Origin: an uncultured virus (IMG/VR IMGVR_UViG_3300040807_003058)
Lineage: Duplodnaviria; Heunggongvirae; Uroviricota; Caudoviricetes
DNA length: 64,000 nt
Virus record (IMG/VR): IMGVR_UViG_3300040807_003058
Strand: one strand, 5' to 3'
How positions within the stretch are numbered: position 1 is the first letter of the stretch; each line of letters begins with the position of its first letter. Made by a program: the position numbers and the translations under genes. Below the pieces are notes generated by a model. The model saw only the letters and a program-made list of their open reading frames with translations, searched no databases and had not been told where the DNA came from. Positions 58,785 to 64,000 of this stretch are shown here, piece by piece.

Positions 58785-60998
58785 ATGGACAACCCCTTCC
58801 TGACACGGCGTACCCGACCGAAGACTTCTGGCACCCGTGCGCACGTCGGCGAGACTGCATCGTCGTGGGCACAGCGCTGCTACGCGGAGCTGGTGCGTCA
58901 GCAGCCGTGGGTAGCCAAGTACTCAGTCAGGAAGTCGATCTACGCAGAGGACCAGTCGGCCGGCTATGCGGTGGGGTACTTCCACATCGGGCCGAAGGTC
59001 ATCCCGGCGCACGTAGCGGACATCAACGACGTCAACGTCATCACCGTCCCGATCATCATCGAGGACTTCAAGGCGTACCCGTTCGACGTCTTCTACTTCA
59101 ACGGGTCGTTGTTCCCTCTTCGGGAGACCCGGGCTACGTCGATCCTCGATCTACCGGACATCTTCGATCAGCCGGTTGAGCGGAACCTGTCGGAGCTTCT
59201 CCGTCGAAACTACTACAACTCCGGTCGCCGTGGCGGTTCGGAGTACGGACTGCTTCAGGGCGTGAAGTACTCCTCGGTGAAGGACTCGACGCTGCGTGTA
59301 GCGACGGACTGCATCAAGCAGGCGAACGCCGCCGTAGAGGGCCTCCGCAAGGTGTCCAACGCCGTACTGGCAGACAACGAAGAAGGTCTGCAGAGTCTGC
59401 GGGATGCCGACCCGCTGTTCGCCGCGATGCTCGAAGACCAGCTGCATGGGCTGCAGAAGAGATCGTCGGACGACGCGGAAGAGGCGGATGAGCTACAGCT
59501 CGTAGCAGAGCACCTCGAGCAGTCCGCGGCGGTGTACGCCCTAGAGTTCAGGAAGACCTCCAGCTCTTTGGATGTGCGCCCCCACTGGGCATCGTCCCCG
59601 ACAGCCGGAGCACGAGAGCCAGGTGAGTGGGAGCCCACCAGCCTATGGGAAGTCCAGAAGGTAAGCCAGGTACTGGCAGATCAGGTACTGGCTGACGGTG
59701 CCGCGATCTACGCCGTTGCTGAGGGGAGCTCGGCGTTCCCCGAGGCGGTACGTGCGCACGCAGAGCGTGATGTACACCTACAGGACCACGCTGCAGAGGC
59801 CCAGGCACAGTCTGACGAGCTATTCCGGAAGCTGTCGATGACGGTCGAAGGGGCCTCCGTCCGTAAGGTGGAGTTCGTGAACAAGGCCGGCATCCCCGGG
59901 CTGCCAGACGACGGCAGCGCCTGGCTGATCTACAACTGCACGGGTACGAAGTCGTACGACCTCGCTGGACTCCTGCTGGAGAGTGGCGAGGCCCTGCTCC
60001 TCGGAGAGGGGTACTACCCCGGAGACCTGGCGAGGGCCATGGCGCTGGTTCCGTCAGACGAGAAGTCCGCTGCACCGAAGGTCACGTCTGCGAAGTGGGC
60101 GACGCGTGGGGGCCTTGCGCCTGCTCGAGCTGCTATGTGGGCCACCGAGGACGTTGTGCGGGTACTACCGCTCAGCGGAGACGACATCACCATCAACGGC
60201 GAGAAGGCCTACGGGGTCGGAGAGTCGTGCTACCGATGGCAGATGGCGATCCCGGCGGACATCAAGCGGGCGATGACCGACGTAGCGGACTCGGCGAACG
60301 TGTACATCCCCCGCGATGCTGATGTCGTCGACGTATCCGCTGTAGAGGCCATCCGCATCCCGTACGAGGATGTGGGATCCGTGCAGATGTCGAAGAGCTC
60401 CTCGGCATTGCCCGACACGCTGCGGCATGTGTCCGATCTCGGGTGGAGTGTGGCCGGCCAGCCGTGGACGGACAAGACCTCCGCCGTACTGGAGCTGGTG
60501 TATCGAGGGTCGGACGTACCATCGGCCGAGCAGCTGTGCGACGCTGCAGAGGAAGACGGCCTCGTCCGTATCCCCGGCGACGTCAGCAAGTGGTCGTCTG
60601 TGGCTGCGGCCGAGGCCGTGGCCGAGGTGATGGAGCGCTATGCCGATGTTCAGCGCGTGGCTGACGACGTCGTCAGCGGCGTAGACACTTCGAGCATGGC
60701 GGAGGCGGCGATGACGATGTACGAGAGCCTTCCGCCGTCGGCGAAGCAGTCGTCGGTGCTCCGAGAGAGCGTGAACAGCGTACTGTCGCTGGGGTTCCTC
60801 AATCGCAGGACGCTCATGAAGTTCGTGAAGCAGGTCGATAATCTGGAGGAGATGCAGTCCGCTCTGTGCGGGCTACTACTGGCCTCTCGTCTCGGCCTGA
60901 AGGAGATCCCGCAGGAGGCGGCAGAGGCGGCCATTGACGCAATGGAGCCCATCCTGACCGGCCTCAAGAGCGTGGAGCACAGTCTCAGGGTGATGTGA
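58785..60998 (+). CDS. putative head protein rich in K-x-S/A motifs
   Basis: 737 aa; 17 of 29 lysines have S or A at +2 (hand count). Confidence 0.65.
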   Translation: MDNPFLTRRTRPKTSGTRAHVGETASSWAQRCYAELVRQQPWVAKYSVRKSIYAEDQSAGYAVGYFHIGPKVIPAHVADINDVNVITVPIIIEDFKAYPFDVFYFNGSLFPLRETRATSILDLPDIFDQPVERNLSELLRRNYYNSGRRGGSEYGLLQGVKYSSVKDSTLRVATDCIKQANAAVEGLRKVSNAVLADNEEGLQSLRDADPLFAAMLEDQLHGLQKRSSDDAEEADELQLVAEHLEQSAAVYALEFRKTSSSLDVRPHWASSPTAGAREPGEWEPTSLWEVQKVSQVLADQVLADGAAIYAVAEGSSAFPEAVRAHAERDVHLQDHAAEAQAQSDELFRKLSMTVEGASVRKVEFVNKAGIPGLPDDGSAWLIYNCTGTKSYDLAGLLLESGEALLLGEGYYPGDLARAMALVPSDEKSAAPKVTSAKWATRGGLAPARAAMWATEDVVRVLPLSGDDITINGEKAYGVGESCYRWQMAIPADIKRAMTDVADSANVYIPRDADVVDVSAVEAIRIPYEDVGSVQMSKSSSALPDTLRHVSDLGWSVAGQPWTDKTSAVLELVYRGSDVPSAEQLCDAAEEDGLVRIPGDVSKWSSVAAAEAVAEVMERYADVQRVADDVVSGVDTSSMAEAAMTMYESLPPSAKQSSVLRESVNSVLSLGFLNRRTLMKFVKQVDNLEEMQSALCGLLLASRLGLKEIPQEAAEAAIDAMEPILTGLKSVEHSLRVM

Positions 60999-62119
60999 TG
61001 GCTAGCAGGGGGCAGAAGTTTCCGTTCGAGCGCTACGCTCGCTTGAGGTACTTCCACGGGCGGGGGGTAGACGACATCGTGCAGGAGGTAACCTCCGGCC
61101 TGGGGCTGTACTCCGGGCCTTTGCGCGATCTCGATGGGCACTACCGAAGTGCACTCCCTGGTACTCCGCGCAGGATTGCGCTGGTGTCGGGCGCGACGTC
61201 GAAGCCGGCGCTGAACCGGATTGACGTGCTGGTAATGGGTGACGCGGCAGCGGCCGGGATGGACGCGGCGGAGTACGTCGACCACTTCGGGCTGGGCGCA
61301 TACGACCCCAGCACGAAGTCCGGGGAGAACAAGATCAGCATGGCGGTGCTGCTCTGGCGGAACGTAGAGGCTCGCCGGCTTATCTGTGGGCTGCTGCTGA
61401 CGGATGCCACGACCAAGGAGATTCGGGAGGCGGTGAAGAAGTTCCTGCCGGGTAAGACCCCGGGCTCCCTGCGTACGTCGGACATCACCGCGTTCCGGGA
61501 GCTGTTCTGGGACTTCACCGGATGGTCCCCCGGGGCGGTGCTGAACTACCTGAAGATGGTCCCCGGGGCCCTGCCGGCCACCTCCGCCCTACGACACGGG
61601 CGTGAGGGCCTGCTGTTCCGCCTTGGCCTGGCGAAGACCGGCATCGAGTCGATGGAGATGTACTCCCGCATTCGGGACATCGCGTTCCTTCAGCTGGACA
61701 CGCTGCGTACGTCTCCCGAGAAGTTCTCGCCCGCTGAGTTCTCCTCCGCCTTTGCCGTATTCAAGGCGGCCGACGCCGAGGTGCGGAACCTGGCGGAGGC
61801 GCTGGACGAGGACTTCGGGGCGGAAGTGCAGCGTATCAAGATGCAGGAGATCAAGGACTTCGAGAACCTCGACGACGTGCTGTATCAGGCACACATCCAC
61901 AGTGATCGTGGACTGGTGCAGGAAGCCGTGGCTCGGGGGATCATCACCAACGAGGAGGGAGATGATCTCCTCGTCCAGGTAGACAACGGCATGTTGCTGG
62001 AAGAAGATGAACGCGTACGTCTGCGCATCGAAGTCTACGGCTCCGTCAGTTCAGCTGAAGAAGGCGAAGACACGCCAGACGCCACCGCACTGAACACCGA
62101 GCTACGGAAAGCACAGTAG
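60998..62119 (+). CDS. hypothetical protein
   Basis: about 373 aa, TGATG coupling, acidic C-terminus. Confidence 0.65.
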   Translation: MASRGQKFPFERYARLRYFHGRGVDDIVQEVTSGLGLYSGPLRDLDGHYRSALPGTPRRIALVSGATSKPALNRIDVLVMGDAAAAGMDAAEYVDHFGLGAYDPSTKSGENKISMAVLLWRNVEARRLICGLLLTDATTKEIREAVKKFLPGKTPGSLRTSDITAFRELFWDFTGWSPGAVLNYLKMVPGALPATSALRHGREGLLFRLGLAKTGIESMEMYSRIRDIAFLQLDTLRTSPEKFSPAEFSSAFAVFKAADAEVRNLAEALDEDFGAEVQRIKMQEIKDFENLDDVLYQAHIHSDRGLVQEAVARGIITNEEGDDLLVQVDNGMLLEEDERVRLRIEVYGSVSSAEEGEDTPDATALNTELRKAQ

Positions 62120-62145
62120 TGCTCCCACAACACCGCGAGGACAAG

Positions 62146-62559
62146 ATGAGCATCGCAAAGGTATCACTCTCCCGTCGGGCACGACTCCTCCTCGGGGCCC
62201 TCGGGGCCGGAGGAGCCACTGCAGGTACATATGGTGCAGCACAGGCAGGGGCCCTCGGCGAAGCAGCACAAGGTGTTGCAGGCGAGGTTCCAAGGGTCCT
62301 GGCGGACTACGCCGCCATGATGGGGATGGGCGGTGCGGTGGGCAAGGGCGGCGGAGGCCCCCTCGGGAAGGGGATCCCAGAGAGTTGGGTTCCGGACTGG
62401 GCCACTGACGTAAATGCCGCCAAGGGCTTGGCTGCCGACATCCGAGGGGCCAGGGTCGACGGCGCGTATGACCGAGGGTACAACAAGTACAAGGAGATCA
62501 CAGCGCCACGTATTCCTAGCGGTATCCCGAGTGGACTTCTGCACCAGCCGGTGGGCTGA
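62146..62559 (+). CDS. small Gly/Ala-rich protein with K-V-S and twin-arginine-like leader
   Basis: MSIAKVSLSRRARLLLGALGAGGATAG; GAGG RBS. Confidence 0.65.
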   Translation: MSIAKVSLSRRARLLLGALGAGGATAGTYGAAQAGALGEAAQGVAGEVPRVLADYAAMMGMGGAVGKGGGGPLGKGIPESWVPDWATDVNAAKGLAADIRGARVDGAYDRGYNKYKEITAPRIPSGIPSGLLHQPVG

Positions 62560-62951
62560 TGCTGTACAAGGTGGCCATATCCCGCAGGGGTCGTAACGGC
62601 CTGCTGCTAGCTGGAGCCGCTGCTGCCAGCGCAGCGGCTGCTTGGCCAGCACTGCAAGGGCACCTAACTGGTCTACGGGGAGAATTACCCACTCTGGTTC
62701 CCCTGAGGTACGTGGGAGAATCCCGGTCCTCTGGGGCCAGGGATAACGCATACAACCTACGCCACTCCTTGGATGCTGACCCCAGGAGAAGAGGTCTCGG
62801 CGGCCCCGGGTACTCCACCATGGGGTGGGACGCGTGGAGGGAGGGTGTTGGCTACCTGGAAGGACGTCTAGCCCAGGCAGACATGGAAAATGTCCGCGGC
62901 GGGGCGTACCAAGACCCTCTATTCGACCTGACCCCCGGTGGCCGGAGGTGA
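62559..62951 (+). CDS. small protein with K-V-A and twin-arginine-like leader
   Basis: MLYKVAISRRGRNGLLLAGAAAASAAAAW; TGATG coupling. Confidence 0.65.
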   Translation: MLYKVAISRRGRNGLLLAGAAAASAAAAWPALQGHLTGLRGELPTLVPLRYVGESRSSGARDNAYNLRHSLDADPRRRGLGGPGYSTMGWDAWREGVGYLEGRLAQADMENVRGGAYQDPLFDLTPGGRR

Positions 62952-62953
62952 CC

Positions 62954-63319
62954 GTGCAGCGCCTTAGTAAAGTATCCATGTCCCGGCGTCTACGCCGCAT
63001 GCTGGCAGTGGGCGGCGTTGGGGGTGCGGGGGTTGCTGCGGCCTACTCCTCTGCCCTACCAGGTGGTCTACAGGAGGCGATGCACAACGCAGCGGGGTCC
63101 GCTGGGTTCGCGGTGGCGCCGCCAGGGTACACAGGTATGCGCAGCTTCGATGGGGAGAACCGTCGGGCCATAATAGAAACCGTAAACGCCAACCCAGAGA
63201 GGTGGCTGGACACCCCCGCAAAGAGACGCAGGTGGGAGCAGTCAGGTAACGCTGGACCGGTAACCGCCGCCCGCGCCCGTGCGCAGCAGCTGCAGTCCGT
63301 GCCATCCTGGTTCCTGTAG
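62954..63319 (+). CDS. small protein with K-V-S and twin-arginine-like leader
   Basis: MQRLSKVSMSRRLRRMLAVGGVGGAGVAAAY; GGAGG 5 nt before GTG 62954 (alternative GTG 62948). Confidence 0.6.
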   Translation: MQRLSKVSMSRRLRRMLAVGGVGGAGVAAAYSSALPGGLQEAMHNAAGSAGFAVAPPGYTGMRSFDGENRRAIIETVNANPERWLDTPAKRRRWEQSGNAGPVTAARARAQQLQSVPSWFL

Positions 63320-63322
63320 CAC

Positions 63323-63350
63323 TTGCCTTCTCACAGAGCTCCGGTATCCT
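63323..63350 (+). promoter_or_regulatory. possible sigma70-type promoter
   Basis: TTGCCT-16 nt-TATCCT upstream of the AGGAGGT RBS of 63380. Confidence 0.3.
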
Positions 63351-63379
63351 GCCGACGCATCTCAGCGTAGGAGGTCAGG

Positions 63380-63964
63380 ATGCCGGAGTCTCTGTTCGTA
63401 AACACCAGCGGCAAGCAGCTGGATCAGGTCCATGCCGCAGCCACCCTGTTCGAGTCCTTCCGCAAGGACTTCGAGGATCTCGGACAGAACCACAACGGTC
63501 GGGTCATCCAGGCGGACGACAAGGACCTGTACGTCATCGACCTGCCGAACTGCACGGCATCCGTCTGGATGGAGCAGAACAAGGACATCATGGTCCACAT
63601 CTGCCCGCCGGGGATTCGGGCTGCCTTCGCCCCCATGAGCGAACGAGGTCCCCAGGAGTTCCATGAGGAGCTCCGCCGCATCGGCAACCAGCTCGGCCTG
63701 CTGGTGGGACGGGTGACGCAGGAGCAGAAGGTCTGCAAGGCCTTGCTGGAGTTCTACAGCCACTACCAGCAGGATGCTCTGCTGGCCGCCAATCCCCGGT
63801 ACAAGATGCGGGCGATTGCCCACGACTACGACCGTAAGGGCATGGATCTCTTCCAGATCCGCCTCGTCAGGCTGTACAGTCGCGGGGGGTGGGATGACCG
63901 AGTGAAGGACCTCGTCATCACCTTCGACCGGCTCATCGGAAAGCAGATACCGGACCTGGAATGA
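63380..63964 (+). CDS. hypothetical protein
   Basis: 194 aa, AGGAGGT RBS. Confidence 0.65.
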   Translation: MPESLFVNTSGKQLDQVHAAATLFESFRKDFEDLGQNHNGRVIQADDKDLYVIDLPNCTASVWMEQNKDIMVHICPPGIRAAFAPMSERGPQEFHEELRRIGNQLGLLVGRVTQEQKVCKALLEFYSHYQQDALLAANPRYKMRAIAHDYDRKGMDLFQIRLVRLYSRGGWDDRVKDLVITFDRLIGKQIPDLE

Positions 63965-64000
63965 GCTCGACATCCATGAAGAAGGTTCCTGCGGGAGCTG
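63961..64000 (+). CDS. start of next gene, truncated by window edge
   Basis: ATGA overlap, open to the end of the window. Confidence 0.4.
   Translation, partial: MSSTSMKKVPAGA

Noticed and set aside
1..64000. tRNA/rRNA genes, integrase, terminase large subunit, major capsid, tail sheath, alternative genetic code
   Set aside because: None recognised by eye; genes tile densely in the standard code with all three stop codons used. Missing core genes presumably lie outside the window or are too diverged to recognise.

Overview
This window is part of a large, GC-rich, contractile-tailed (myovirus-like) bacteriophage genome. I saw no cellular housekeeping operon, rRNA, tRNA, CRISPR array or integrase. 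Layout: (1) 1-4.1 kb (+): small accessory genes, including a tandem Myb/SANT-like repeat protein and a DEDDh exonuclease. (2) 4.1-6.8 kb (-): a lone GroES and an SGNH/SASA esterase fused to a LamG-like domain. (3) 7-25.4 kb (+): a membrane-anchored PAS protein, a holin-like protein, baseplate, tail-collar and tail-fibre genes, glycine-zipper proteins and a spanin-like pair. (4) 25.4-41.8 kb (-): replication/recombination module (RuvC-like, Cas4-like nuclease, family A DNA polymerase, putative SSB, DnaG primase, DnaB-like helicase, degenerate family-4 UDG, SF2 helicase). (5) 41.9-64 kb (+): head/virion module with a probable portal, a 2170-aa single-chain beta-beta' RNA polymerase, a Gp5/VgrG-like spike, and proteins rich in a K-x-[S/A] motif. 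The most notable observations are the fused phage RNA polymerase (NADNDGD active site, beta' zinc-binding domain missing) among virion genes; a recurring K-x-[S/A] motif that may be a maturation-protease code; three tandem genes in which that motif directly precedes a twin-arginine-like leader; a textbook -1 ribosomal frameshift cassette in a non-tail gene; and a TM-PAS sensor overlapping a holin-like gene. All assignments come from motif reading by eye, not database searches.
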